NCBI GenBank assembly: GCA_012799645.1
Contig: JAAZKV010000007.1
Span: 3,355-67,354, forward strand
DNA length: 64,000 nt
Origin: Candidatus Iainarchaeum sp.
Lineage (GTDB): Archaea > Iainarchaeota > Iainarchaeia > Iainarchaeales > JAAZKV01
Reading direction: 5' to 3'
Shown here: positions 38,013 through 48,547 of the stretch, one piece after another
How positions within the stretch are numbered: position 1 is the first letter of the stretch
How the letters are laid out: each line of letters begins with the position of its first letter
The notes under the pieces: generated by a model
What the model saw: only the letters and a program-made list of their open reading frames with translations
Databases searched by the model: none
What the model was told of the DNA's origin: nothing
Position numbers and translations under genes: made by a program

Positions 38013-39452
38013 ATGGTTGCTAAAATAAAAAAAGAAAAGAAGAAAAATGAAGAAAAAAATGAAAAAAGCAAAATAGAAAAAGAACTATTTTTAGAAAAAA
38101 AGAACGCGTGGGAATTACTTGAAAATGAAAAAAAAGAAGCCTTTGCTTTAGCAAAAGAATACAAAAAATTTATTGATGAAAACAAAACTGAAAGAGAAAT
38201 TGTGCGCACAGTAGAATCAATGGCTAAAAAAAATGGGTATGTGAATTTAAAAGATGCAACCCCAACCACAAAAAAAATTTATGCAACTAATCACGAAAAA
38301 AATATTTTACTAGTGGATTTAAGTGGAGGGAATTTAAAACAAGGAGCAAGAATTATAGGATCACACATTGATATTCTAAGACTTGATTTTAAATTAAACC
38401 CAATATATGAATCAGAATCATTCGCACTAATCAACACCCACTATTATGGCGGAATAAAAAAATACCATTGGTTAAACACCCCACTATCAATTCACGGAGT
38501 AGTATTTGACAAAAATGGAAAAAAAATAGAAATAGTTTATGGAGAGGAAGAAGAGGAAGCAGTTTTTGTTATAAGTGACTTATTACCACATCTAGAAGGA
38601 AGAGAAGGATATGACAAACCAGCACGAAACATAATACAAGGAGAAGAAATGGATGCTCTTGCTGGAAGTATTCCAATAAATGATAAAAAAGTTAAAGAAA
38701 AAATAAAAGCAACATTCCTAAAAATAATGAACGAAAAATATGGAATTACTGAAAGAGATTTTGTATCAGCAGAACTTGCACTCTACCCATCAATGAAAGC
38801 AAGAGATGTTGGAATTGACGGAGGACTAATGGGAGCACCAGGACACGATGACAGGGTTTGTTCATACTTAGCAGTGAAAACAATTCTTGAATCCTCAAAC
38901 AAAAAAACAAAACCAGCAATAGTGCTTTTAGTAGATAAAGAAGAAATTGGAAGCGTAGGAAACACTTCAATGGATTCTCTATTCTTTGAAAATACTCTTG
39001 AAAAAATAATAAAATTAAGAAAAGAAAATACTACTGCAAGAGAGGTACTAGAAAATTCAAAAGCAATAAGTGCTGATGTGACATCAGGAAGTGATCCAAA
39101 ATATATGGATAAAATGGATCCAATGAATGCAAACAAACTTGGATATGGAGTAGCAATGGAAAAATACACTGGGAGTGGAGGAAAATACCACGGAAGTGAT
39201 GCTAACGCTGAATACGTTTCTTGGATACGAACAATGCTAGAAGAAAACAACATTCCTTGGCAATACGGAGAACTAGGAAAAGTTGATCAAGGAGGAGGAG
39301 GAACAATAGCATACATTTTGGCAAAATACAATATGAACATAGTGGATATGGGAACACCCGTACTCGCAATGCACTCACCATTTGAAATAATAAGCAAAAT
39401 AGATTTACTTTGCACAAAAAAAGCATACGCAGCATTCTTTGAAAAAAAATAA
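38013..39452 (+). CDS. M18 family aminopeptidase
   Basis: GSHIDILRLDFKLNP, HYYGGIKKYHW, GHDDRVC, DKEEIGS, GGGGTIA...MHSPFE. Confidence 0.8.
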   Translation: MVAKIKKEKKKNEEKNEKSKIEKELFLEKKNAWELLENEKKEAFALAKEYKKFIDENKTEREIVRTVESMAKKNGYVNLKDATPTTKKIYATNHEKNILLVDLSGGNLKQGARIIGSHIDILRLDFKLNPIYESESFALINTHYYGGIKKYHWLNTPLSIHGVVFDKNGKKIEIVYGEEEEEAVFVISDLLPHLEGREGYDKPARNIIQGEEMDALAGSIPINDKKVKEKIKATFLKIMNEKYGITERDFVSAELALYPSMKARDVGIDGGLMGAPGHDDRVCSYLAVKTILESSNKKTKPAIVLLVDKEEIGSVGNTSMDSLFFENTLEKIIKLRKENTTAREVLENSKAISADVTSGSDPKYMDKMDPMNANKLGYGVAMEKYTGSGGKYHGSDANAEYVSWIRTMLEENNIPWQYGELGKVDQGGGGTIAYILAKYNMNIVDMGTPVLAMHSPFEIISKIDLLCTKKAYAAFFEKK

Positions 39453-39526
39453 TTAAAAAAAACAAAACAATTCAAAGAAATATGGCGTATTCTTAATTTT
39501 TTAAAAAAAAAGAAGGTTTTTTGAAA

Positions 39527-40558
39527 ATGTGGAAAAAAGTTGATTGCATAATACTTAGAAATTTTCACCACTATTTTAAAGATCCGACAATAAACAAATA
39601 TTTAGAAACAGAAATTAGCGAAGATTATGAAGGATACTTACTAATTTTTGAAAACAAAAAACCAATATGGGTATCACACCCATTTAATTACTCACAAATC
39701 AAAAAAAAATTAAACAAAAAAGCAATAACAAAAAAATATCAAACAAAAAAAGACATTGAAACAATACTAAAAACCAATTGTGGAAAAAAAATAGGGTACA
39801 ATGGAAAATTCATTAGTGTGAAGAGTTTAACTAATTTGAAAAAATTACTCAAAGGAAAAAAATTTATTGATGTTACACAAGAACTAGAAAATGCACGGGA
39901 AATAAAAACCAAAAATGAAATAAAAAAAATACAAACAGCCACAATTGTTACAAAAAAAATTTTACAAACAATAAAAAAAACACTAAAAAAAGGAATGAGT
40001 GAAAAAGAGGTTGAAAATAAAATAAAACAATTAATTAAAGAAAAAAACAAAAAAGAAAACAAAAATTATTCACTCGCTTTTTCAATTGTTGCTTTTGGGA
40101 AAAACACTTCAAATATTCACTACCAAACAAAAAATACTAAATTAACAAACGGACCAGTGCTTTTTGATTTTGGAATAAAATACGAAGGGTATTGCTCGGA
40201 CATTTCTGATTCACTTTGGTTTGGAGAAAAAAAAGGAAAAAATTACGAATTTTATGAAAAAGAAAAACAAAAAGTAATTAACTCAATAAACGAAATAGAA
40301 AAAATCCTACAACCCAATATAAAAGCAAAAGAACTCTATCACACAGCAACTAAACACTTAGGATCAATCCCCCACGCAATTGGACACGGAATTGGGATTG
40401 AAGTGCATGATTATCCAAGCGGAATTGGAAAAAAAAGTAATTATTTACTAAAAGAAAATATGATACTAGCAATAGAACCGGCAATTTATAATAAAAAATT
40501 TGGAATAAGAATTGAAAACAATTATTTAATCACAAAAAATGGATTTAAAAAATTGTGA
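39527..40558 (+). CDS. M24 family metallopeptidase (Xaa-Pro peptidase/prolidase-like)
   Basis: FDFGIKYEGYCSDISD, HAIGHGIGIEVHDYP, LAIEPAIY, IRIENNYLIT. Confidence 0.8.
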   Translation: MWKKVDCIILRNFHHYFKDPTINKYLETEISEDYEGYLLIFENKKPIWVSHPFNYSQIKKKLNKKAITKKYQTKKDIETILKTNCGKKIGYNGKFISVKSLTNLKKLLKGKKFIDVTQELENAREIKTKNEIKKIQTATIVTKKILQTIKKTLKKGMSEKEVENKIKQLIKEKNKKENKNYSLAFSIVAFGKNTSNIHYQTKNTKLTNGPVLFDFGIKYEGYCSDISDSLWFGEKKGKNYEFYEKEKQKVINSINEIEKILQPNIKAKELYHTATKHLGSIPHAIGHGIGIEVHDYPSGIGKKSNYLLKENMILAIEPAIYNKKFGIRIENNYLITKNGFKKL

Positions 40559-40568
40559 TGGTGAAAAA

Positions 40569-41318
40569 ATGAGATTTAAAGAAGCACGCACAAAAATCCA
40601 CACCGCTCTAACAAACAAAAATATGTGCGTAATTGTTGGAGAATGCAGTGTGGAATACAATGGAAGAGCACACTCAAATCTCCCGCTAGGAAAACGAATG
40701 ATTTTAATTAAAGCTGACGGAAGCTTATCAGTTCATGAAAATAGATTGATTAGACCAACAAATTATATGATGAATACAAAAATTAGTTGTGAAATAAAAA
40801 CTGATAAAAAAATATTAGAATTACAAGCAAAAAGAAATAAACCAAAAGAAACCATTACAATAGAATTTACAAAAATAATTGATGTGAATAATTATGATTT
40901 GCCAGAAAGTAATGATATTAGACTTGTTGGATCTGAAAAAGAACTAAATGAAGCACTAATGGAGGATCTTTCATTCCTTGAAACAGGACTCAAACCAATA
41001 AACCAACAACAATACTTCAGAACAGGAATTTGTGATATCATTGCAGAAGATGCAAAAGGGAGACTTGTTGTAATTGAATTAAAAAGAAGACAAGCTGATT
41101 ACTCAGCAGTCACCCAACTAAAAAGATATGCTGAAACAGTACAAAAAATGAAAGGAATAAAAACAAGAGGGATACTTTTGGCACCAAGCATAAGAAAAAG
41201 TGCGCTTGAATTATTGAAAAAATACGGACTCGAATATTTTAGTTACGATTTTGAAATAAAAGAAAAAAGCAAAATTAAAGGAATAAACAAAACCCAAATG
41301 AAAATAAATGAATACTAA
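40569..41318 (+). CDS. nucS: Endonuclease NucS/EndoMS
   Basis: IKADGSLSVHEN..IRPTNYM in the N domain. RecB-like C domain with ICDIIAEDAKGRLVVIELKRRQAD...QLKRY. ggtga lies 4 nt upstream of the ATG at 40569. Confidence 0.85.
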   Translation: MRFKEARTKIHTALTNKNMCVIVGECSVEYNGRAHSNLPLGKRMILIKADGSLSVHENRLIRPTNYMMNTKISCEIKTDKKILELQAKRNKPKETITIEFTKIIDVNNYDLPESNDIRLVGSEKELNEALMEDLSFLETGLKPINQQQYFRTGICDIIAEDAKGRLVVIELKRRQADYSAVTQLKRYAETVQKMKGIKTRGILLAPSIRKSALELLKKYGLEYFSYDFEIKEKSKIKGINKTQMKINEY

Positions 41319-41417
41319 ACACCATTACTCACTATCAATTACCAATTATTTATTACTATTGTCCTTATTCATTACCATTACTCATTATTCACTATTCATT
41401 ATTCATTACCATTATCC

Positions 41418-42485
41418 TTATTCATTATCATTATCCATTATTTCCAGCACATCAAGTTTTTCACAATAACAAGGAACACCCAAAATTTCTGAAACACTTG
41501 GTTTTGTTCTATTATCATCCCCTGAAATAAACTCCTTAACATAAGTACCGTGAGAAGTTTTTAACACAAGAGAAAAGTGAAAATCATCAACCAATTTTGC
41601 TTCAATTAAAGTAACTTTCTTTTCCCTATCCATCATTGTTCTTCTCTTTTCCACACGAACAGGAGTGGTTTGAATTACACTAAATTCTTTACCCAAAACA
41701 AATTGTCCAATATTTTGTGATGTTATTTTTTGTTCGGCTTTTACTAGTGCTTGATAAATTTTATTGTGAGGGGTGTCTTTTAGAGGGGATACTTCTTTTG
41801 ATGTAACAAATTTTAAAGAATTAACACTCACTTTTCCTTTTAGTTTTTGATTAATTTCATCTTCAAGATTTTTAAGAAAAATTGTTTTTTTTTCTGGAGA
41901 AATTATTTGCATAATAAAAGGACGACCCTTTCCAAGCATTAACACATCCATATCCTCTCTTCCTGCTCCGTGCAAAATAATGTCTTTTGCCAAAAAATAT
42001 TTTTTAAAATAATCTCCAATTAATTGTTCAACACTATCTTCTGAAAAATGTCCCGTATCTTTACAATACCAACACCCGTACCCTCCACACTTATTACAAA
42101 AATACTCTGTTTGAGCAATGCTTCGTAAGTATTTAGAATATCGCCCATAAACAAAAACAGGATTAATTCTTAAGAAAATAGTTTTTTTTGGAAAGTGAAT
42201 CAAAAACACTGATTCGGGATCACTAAAGTTTATTTTTAAATTATTTTTTTTAGCAAATTCTAGATTTATTTTGTGTTGCAAGGATTTTTTTAATAAATCT
42301 CTTTGAACAGAATCAATTTCTTTTCCCCAAGAAATACCAATTTTGAAAGAACTAATTTCTTTTTCACCGAACAATTCTTGGAGTTTTGAGAACACATCAT
42401 TGAAAACTTTTTCTTCATTAGAAAAATCAGTAAAATCAAAAGAAATTTGATAATGATATTCTTTGTGCTTTTCTTTAATGTGCAT
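41418..42485 (-). CDS. pus10: tRNA pseudouridine synthase Pus10
   Basis: CNKCGGYGCWYCKDTG zinc motif, GAGREDMDVLMLGKGRPF catalytic region, GTYVKEFISGD. The ATG at 42485 follows aggag. Confidence 0.8.
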   Translation of the reverse strand: MHIKEKHKEYHYQISFDFTDFSNEEKVFNDVFSKLQELFGEKEISSFKIGISWGKEIDSVQRDLLKKSLQHKINLEFAKKNNLKINFSDPESVFLIHFPKKTIFLRINPVFVYGRYSKYLRSIAQTEYFCNKCGGYGCWYCKDTGHFSEDSVEQLIGDYFKKYFLAKDIILHGAGREDMDVLMLGKGRPFIMQIISPEKKTIFLKNLEDEINQKLKGKVSVNSLKFVTSKEVSPLKDTPHNKIYQALVKAEQKITSQNIGQFVLGKEFSVIQTTPVRVEKRRTMMDREKKVTLIEAKLVDDFHFSLVLKTSHGTYVKEFISGDDNRTKPSVSEILGVPCYCEKLDVLEIMDNDNE

Positions 42486-42725
42486 TAATCTCCTAACCAT
42501 AAACAATCATAAAAAATAACTAAAAAGAATAGAATAAAAATATAAACCTTGCAAAAAAATAATGGATTTTTTGTTTTTAGTGTTTTTATTAAAATAAAAA
42601 ATATATTAAAATAAAAAATATATTAAAATAAAAAAAGAAAAGGGAGAGCACTTCCCCCCAAATTTTTTACAAAAAAAGGTGATTATTTTCACTTTACTTT
42701 TTTTATAATTTTGATTAATTTTTAT

Positions 42726-43100
42726 TTATTCTTTAGCAAGTGTCCAAACTTGTTTTAGTCCTAGAACTAAAGCTGCTGGAGCCACTAAAGCAACTATATT
42801 CATAACAATCGCTACTAGTAATGATCCAACCGGTAGAATAACAGTATCCAATACTAATAAACCACCAGCAGTATTACCAACTAACGCAACTGCCATTGTC
42901 GCAATCAAAAAGTCAGTTATGTGCTTATCTTTTACATTCAGAATTCCAACAATCAATCCCAGAATAACTAAAATTAGCATTAAAATTGCTGAAAGATTAG
43001 CATCAATAACTCCTGGCATTAGTACTCCCACTATAGCCAAAAGCACAGCTAATATTATTCCAATCAAGAAAGCAAAACTACCTGTTGTTTTTGAAACCAT
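42726..43100 (-). CDS. Small membrane protein, hypothetical
   Basis: About 4 TM helices. ggaggt SD before the ATG at 43100. Confidence 0.5.
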   Translation of the reverse strand: MVSKTTGSFAFLIGIILAVLLAIVGVLMPGVIDANLSAILMLILVILGLIVGILNVKDKHITDFLIATMAVALVGNTAGGLLVLDTVILPVGSLLVAIVMNIVALVAPAALVLGLKQVWTLAKE

Positions 43101-43271
43101 ATAGTAACCTCCTCTGCTAAAAGAAGGCCCATCCACCTATTTAAAACCTACCCAAAGAGAAAAAGTAGATAAAAAAAAATTATTATTTTTTATTTATTTT
43201 AAATAATTTAGTTAAATTTAGTTTATTAATTATCTTAATTATTTTAATTAGTTTAATTACTTTTATTTATT

Positions 43272-43352
43272 ATTTAGTTTAATTTATTTAAATTTATTTT
43301 AATTTAGTTTAATTTATTTAAATTTATTTTAATTTAGTTTAATTTATTTTAA
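43272..43352. repeat. Tandem repeat, about 2.7 x 30 bp (atttagtttaatttatttaaatttatttta)
   Basis: Copies at 43272-43301, 43302-43331 and a partial third that runs into the eno stop codon region. Confidence 0.85.
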
Positions 43353-44630
43353 AAGTGGAAATGCTTTTTTTCCCGCAAATTTTAATTTATTTTCTTCCCA
43401 AATTTTTAAAATTCTGTTATATTTTGCCATTCTCTCCCCTCTACAAGGTGCTCCGGATTTTATTTGTCCACAACCAAGCCCCACTGAAAGATCTGCAATA
43501 AAATAATCATTAGTTTCTCCTGATCTATGAGAAACTTGCACTCCCCAATTTGCATCAAATGCGATTCTTGCTGATTCTAGTGCTTCAGTAAGTGTTCCCA
43601 CTTGATTCACTTTTAGTAATAAAGCATTTGCTCTCTTTTTTTGAATAGCTTCAACAATGTAATTTTTTTGTGTAACAGTTAAATCATCAGCCAAAATTTG
43701 TACTCTTTTACCGTATGTGGAGTAAAAATTTTCCCAAGAATAAAAATCATTTTCATCAAACGGATCTTCTATTGAAGCAATTGGATAATATTTTAGTAAT
43801 TCTTCATACACATTCATAAATGTTAAACCTGATAATTTGCGTCCTTGAATATGGTACAATGTTTTTCCCACTCCGTCCTTAAATGCAAATGAACTCGCAG
43901 CCACATCAAGTCCAATATAAATTGAACCAGCATACCCGCAAGAATCTATTGCTTTTGTTATTTCATCAAGTGGTTCTTCTATTTTATTCATTTGAGGAGC
44001 GAATCCCCCCTCATCTCCAACATTAATTGCGCTCTTCCCATACTTGTTTTGTAAATTCTTTTTTAGTTCGTGAAACACTTCCACCCCTGCATAAAAAGCT
44101 TCATCAAAATTCTTGAAATTTATTGGCAAAATTTGATACTCTTGAAAAGCTATTTCATTCCCCGCGTGCTTTCCACCATTAATAATATTCAAAGCAGGAA
44201 CTGGCAACATTGCTTCTCTAGAAATTAGTTCTGACATATACTGCCAAACCTCTTTCTTTTTTGATAATGCCCCTGCCCTCGCTGTTGCAAGAGAAACCGC
44301 TAAAAGCGCATTTGCTCCCAAATTTTCTTTTTGTGGAGAGGAATCAAGTTCCAATAAAATTCCGTCAATTAATTTTTGTTCCCTACAATCTTTCCCAATT
44401 AATTTTGGAGCAATTATTTCATTAATATTTTTAACAACTTTAGTTACTCCAAGACCATTAAATGCTTTTCCCCCATCTCTCAATTCTCTTGCTTCTCTTG
44501 AACCAGTACTAGCACCACTTGGAACCGCTGACTTGAACACCCCAAACGCTGTTTTTACTTCACATTCAACGGTAGGGTTTCCTCTAGAATCAAAAATAGA
44601 TCTGGCCCTAATTGCTCTAATAGAATACAT
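43344..44630 (-). CDS. eno: Enolase
   Basis: SHRSGETND, PSGASTGSREA, GDEGGFAP, LLLKVNQVGTLTE. Confidence 0.95.
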   Translation of the reverse strand: MYSIRAIRARSIFDSRGNPTVECEVKTAFGVFKSAVPSGASTGSREARELRDGGKAFNGLGVTKVVKNINEIIAPKLIGKDCREQKLIDGILLELDSSPQKENLGANALLAVSLATARAGALSKKKEVWQYMSELISREAMLPVPALNIINGGKHAGNEIAFQEYQILPINFKNFDEAFYAGVEVFHELKKNLQNKYGKSAINVGDEGGFAPQMNKIEEPLDEITKAIDSCGYAGSIYIGLDVAASSFAFKDGVGKTLYHIQGRKLSGLTFMNVYEELLKYYPIASIEDPFDENDFYSWENFYSTYGKRVQILADDLTVTQKNYIVEAIQKKRANALLLKVNQVGTLTEALESARIAFDANWGVQVSHRSGETNDYFIADLSVGLGCGQIKSGAPCRGERMAKYNRILKIWEENKLKFAGKKAFPLLK

Positions 44631-44773
44631 AATAGAAAAATCAATGCTTTTCTAGTTAAAAAAGATTATGCTTTATAAAAAAAATCAATTTTTTGACATT
44701 TTTTTGGAAATACCCATTTTTAAAATCAAATAATTTTTTTGAAAGTAAGTAATTTAAAACAAAAGGGGAGGGG

Positions 44774-46783
44774 TTAGATTTTCTTTTTTCCTATTTCTTT
44801 TTGTAATTGTGCAATTTGATCTCTTAAAGCAATTGCAAGTTCAAAGTTTAGTTTTTCCGCAGCCGCCCTCATTTCTATTTCCATTTGTTTTACTACTCTT
44901 TCTTTTTCTTTAGCAGGAATGTGTTTAGTGTCTTTAATTATTATTATTTGTTCTTCAATTGCTTTTGTTATGGTTTTTGGAACAATTTTGTTCTTTTTGT
45001 TAAACGCTAATTGAATTTCTCTTCTTCTATTTGTTTCACTAATTGCTTTCTTCATTGAATCAGTGATTTTATCAGCATAAAGTATTACTTTTGCGGAAGA
45101 GTTACGCGCAGCTCTCCCAATTATTTGGATTAAACTCTTTTGATCCCGCAAAAATCCTTCCTTGTCAGCATCAAAAATTGCTACAAGTCCAAGTTCAGGA
45201 ATATCAATCCCTTCACGCAAAAGATTAATACCCACAAGAACATCAAATTTCCCAACCCTGAATTGTCTTAATATTTCACTCCTATCAAGTGTTTTTATTT
45301 CAGAGTGAAGATACCTTGCTTTTATTCCTTTTGAAGCAAAATAATCAGCGAGTTCTTCGGCCAATTTTTTTGTTAAAGCAGTAACCATTACTCTATTCCC
45401 ATTTTTTATCACAATGTCAATTTCTTTCAAAATATCCTCGATTTGTCCCTTAGTTTTTCTCACAATAACTTCAGGATCAACTAATCCAGTTGGTCTAATT
45501 ATTTGTTCAACAAAATTTTTTGAATGAGTTCGTTCGTATTTATCAGGAGTGGCGCTCACAAAAATTACGTTTTGTTTATCCAAATAATCTTTTTCAAATT
45601 CACTAAATTTTAGCGGACGATTATCTAATGCGCTTGGTAAGCGAAAACCATAATCCACAAGAGTTTGTTTTCTTTGTCTATCCCCATTATACATTCCATT
45701 CAATTGTGGAATTGATTGGTGAGATTCATCAATCACAATCAAAAAATCATCACCAAAATAATCCATTAAAGTGTATGGTTTTTCCCCTTTTGATCTCCCA
45801 TCAAAATGCCTTGAATAATTTTCTATCCCTTTACAAAAACCAATAGTGTTAAGTAATTCAATATCATACATTGTTCTTTGTTTCAATCTATGCGCTTCAA
45901 TTACTCCAAGAGCGAGAAGTCTTTGCGCAAGTTCTTTTTTTATTGACTCAATAGCTTTTTGAGTTGTTCCTTCTGGTAAAACAAAATGGCGCGCAGGGAA
46001 TAAACTAAAATGCGTAATTCTTTGTTTAATTTCATTAGTATTTTTATCAAGCACTCTAATTTTATCCACTCGATTCCCATCAAGTTCTATTCTAATAATA
46101 TCTCTCCAATACCCTGGAACAATATCAATTGTGTTCCCCCTAACCCTATATCTCCCACTCAACAATTCTAAATCATTTCTTTCATATTGTGCATCAAGAA
46201 GTTTTGACATTAATTCATCTCTTGATAACTCCATTCCTTCCTCAATATCAATACACATTCCTTGATAGTTTTTTGGATTGCCCAACCCATAAATACAAGA
46301 AACACTCGCTACAACAATCACATCATTTCTTGATAAAAGAGAAGTTGTTGCAGAAAGCCTCATCCGCTCAATATATTCATTAATTTGCGAATCCTTTTCG
46401 ATGTATTGATCAGTTTGTGGGATATAACTTTCTGGTTGATAATAATCATAAAAAGAAACAAAATATTCTACTCTATTGTTTGGAAAAAATGTTTTAAATT
46501 CATTATAAAGTTGTGCTGCAAGAGTTTTATTATGTGCAAGAACAAGCGTTTTTTTTCCAACATTTTGAATAACATTAGCTATCGTAAAAGTTTTTCCACT
46601 ACCAGTTACTCCCAAAAGTGTTTGTGTTCTTTTCCCACTCTTTATTCCAATAGTAAGTGACTTTATTGCACTAGGCTGAGAACCAGCAGGTTTAAATTTT
46701 GAAACAAGTTCAAACTTTTGAACATTATTTGAATTTTGAACATTATTTGAATTTTGAACATTATTTTTGTTTTGTTTTTGCAT
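44774..46783 (-). CDS. uvrB: Excinuclease ABC subunit B
   Basis: GVTGSGKTFT, DESH, the YYQPE region, C-terminal UVR domain. The N-terminus carries an NNVQNS repeat. Confidence 0.95.
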   Translation of the reverse strand: MQKQNKNNVQNSNNVQNSNNVQKFELVSKFKPAGSQPSAIKSLTIGIKSGKRTQTLLGVTGSGKTFTIANVIQNVGKKTLVLAHNKTLAAQLYNEFKTFFPNNRVEYFVSFYDYYQPESYIPQTDQYIEKDSQINEYIERMRLSATTSLLSRNDVIVVASVSCIYGLGNPKNYQGMCIDIEEGMELSRDELMSKLLDAQYERNDLELLSGRYRVRGNTIDIVPGYWRDIIRIELDGNRVDKIRVLDKNTNEIKQRITHFSLFPARHFVLPEGTTQKAIESIKKELAQRLLALGVIEAHRLKQRTMYDIELLNTIGFCKGIENYSRHFDGRSKGEKPYTLMDYFGDDFLIVIDESHQSIPQLNGMYNGDRQRKQTLVDYGFRLPSALDNRPLKFSEFEKDYLDKQNVIFVSATPDKYERTHSKNFVEQIIRPTGLVDPEVIVRKTKGQIEDILKEIDIVIKNGNRVMVTALTKKLAEELADYFASKGIKARYLHSEIKTLDRSEILRQFRVGKFDVLVGINLLREGIDIPELGLVAIFDADKEGFLRDQKSLIQIIGRAARNSSAKVILYADKITDSMKKAISETNRRREIQLAFNKKNKIVPKTITKAIEEQIIIIKDTKHIPAKEKERVVKQMEIEMRAAAEKLNFELAIALRDQIAQLQKEIGKKKI
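46721..46774. repeat. In-frame 18-bp tandem repeat (aacattatttgaattttg, about 3 copies) inside the uvrB 5' end
   Basis: Read directly. It encodes NNVQNS NNVQNS NNVQ on the minus strand. Confidence 0.8.
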
Positions 46784-46841
46784 AAATAACACACTAATTA
46801 CAGAGGTTTAAATTACTTTTGCGAACAAATAACCAAACCCA

Positions 46842-48377
46842 TTATTTTTCAAACATTTCTTTTCTTTTCAACACTTCCCTATAAGCATTAGCAAATCTGT
46901 GTGCTTCGTCACGAATTAATTGAAGTAATTGAAGGCCTTTATTTTTTTTGTCCAACAATAAGGGTTCTTTTTTTGTTGCTGTATAAATTTTTTCAAATTG
47001 TTCTGCAATAGAAATAATTGGAATACTTAATTTTAATTCTTTTAGTACTTCATTTGTTACTTTTAGTTGGGCCAACCCCCCATCAATTACTATTAAGTCA
47101 GGCATTTTCATAGTTTTTGTTAAAGATCCAGAATATCTTCTCTTCACCACTTCTTTCATTGCGATAAGATCATCATTATTTGTTTCTGTTTTAATCTTGA
47201 ATTTTCTATAATTTTTTTTATTAGGAAAACCATTTTCAAAGGAAACCATTGAACCGACAGTGTTTGATCCACTAAAATGGGATATATCAAAACATTCAAT
47301 ATTGTGAGGAACACTCTTTAAATTCAGTATTTTTTGTAATTCAATTATTCTTTCACTACCAGCAAAAAATGTTGCAGCAATATTTTTTGATACAAAATCT
47401 AAAAGTTCTTTTTTTTCTCCCCCTTTTGGAACAATTAATTTTATTTTTTTATTCGCTTTTTTTGATAAATACTCTTCCATACTTTTACTAATTTTGATTG
47501 GTAAAATTATTTCATTAGGAATATTGGATTCATCATAAAACCGAACAAGAAATTCTTCTAAACCATCCTCAGTAGCTGGAAAAACAAATTCTTGTTTTTC
47601 TTCAACAACCCCATTTCTAAGATTAAATAATAATAAATGGTACTCTCCGTTTGAGATTTCGTAATTTATTATGTGTGCATCAATGTTTCTCGCAAGTTCC
47701 ATTTTTTGTTTTTCTTTTAAAGTTTTTAGTGCTTCAATTTGATTCCTTAAAGTAATTGCATACTCAAAATTGTTTTTATCAGAGTGAATTTTCATATTTT
47801 TTTCTAATTCACTTATTAAATTATCAACTTTTCCTTTCAATATTTTTTTTACTTGTTCAACTTTCTCATTGTATTCTTTTTTACTATATTCATTTTTATT
47901 AACTAATTTTTTTATTTTTGGAGAAGGTTTTTGTGTTAATACTTTGAGATTTCTACTAATAATATTCATTATTATTTTTCTTACACCCCCACTAACAAAA
48001 GGCCCATAGTAATTTCCTTTTTTTTCTCGGACTCTTGCAACTTCAAAATATGGAATATCTCCTTCAACCAATCTAATGTATGCGTATCTTCTTGAATCCT
48101 TTAAATCCAAATTGAAATGAGGATAATATTTTTTTATTAAATTGTTTTCAAGCAAAAGTGCTTCCACTTCATTTTTCACTACAATAAAATCTATTTTTTT
48201 TATTTTTGTTATAAGAATAGTTGTTTTTGGATCGTGATCTTTTTTTTGAAAATAACTAGACACTCGTTTTTTTAAATTCTTGGCTTTTCCAACATAAATA
48301 ACAACACCATTTTTATCCAAAAACAAGTAACACCCAGGAGAGGATGGCAAATAACTAATTTCATCAGGATTGATCAT
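46842..48377 (-). CDS. uvrC: Excinuclease ABC subunit C, short form without a C-terminal (HhH)2
   Basis: GIY-YIG N-terminus (GCYLFLDKNGVVIYVGKAKNLKKRVSSYF), UVR domain (FEYAITLRNQIEAL), ends shortly after IRDEAHRFA. Confidence 0.9.
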   Translation of the reverse strand: MINPDEISYLPSSPGCYLFLDKNGVVIYVGKAKNLKKRVSSYFQKKDHDPKTTILITKIKKIDFIVVKNEVEALLLENNLIKKYYPHFNLDLKDSRRYAYIRLVEGDIPYFEVARVREKKGNYYGPFVSGGVRKIIMNIISRNLKVLTQKPSPKIKKLVNKNEYSKKEYNEKVEQVKKILKGKVDNLISELEKNMKIHSDKNNFEYAITLRNQIEALKTLKEKQKMELARNIDAHIINYEISNGEYHLLLFNLRNGVVEEKQEFVFPATEDGLEEFLVRFYDESNIPNEIILPIKISKSMEEYLSKKANKKIKLIVPKGGEKKELLDFVSKNIAATFFAGSERIIELQKILNLKSVPHNIECFDISHFSGSNTVGSMVSFENGFPNKKNYRKFKIKTETNNDDLIAMKEVVKRRYSGSLTKTMKMPDLIVIDGGLAQLKVTNEVLKELKLSIPIISIAEQFEKIYTATKKEPLLLDKKNKGLQLLQLIRDEAHRFANAYREVLKRKEMFEK

Positions 48378-48547
48378 AAATATAATTATTTATTTTAATT
48401 AATTATTTCAATTACTTATTTCAATTACTTATTCCAATTATTCATTTATATTATTCATTTACATTATTCATTTACATTATTCATTCCAATTACTCATTTA
48501 CATTACCCATTCATATTATTTATTTTTATTTTTTTTAATTTATTTTT

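Noticed and set aside
42642-42670. GC-containing element aagggagagcacttcccccc considered as a structured ncRNA
   Set aside because: Only a weak 4-5 bp stem can form. On the minus strand a T-run follows it, 66 nt after a gene end, so it is most simply a modest terminator rather than an RNA gene.
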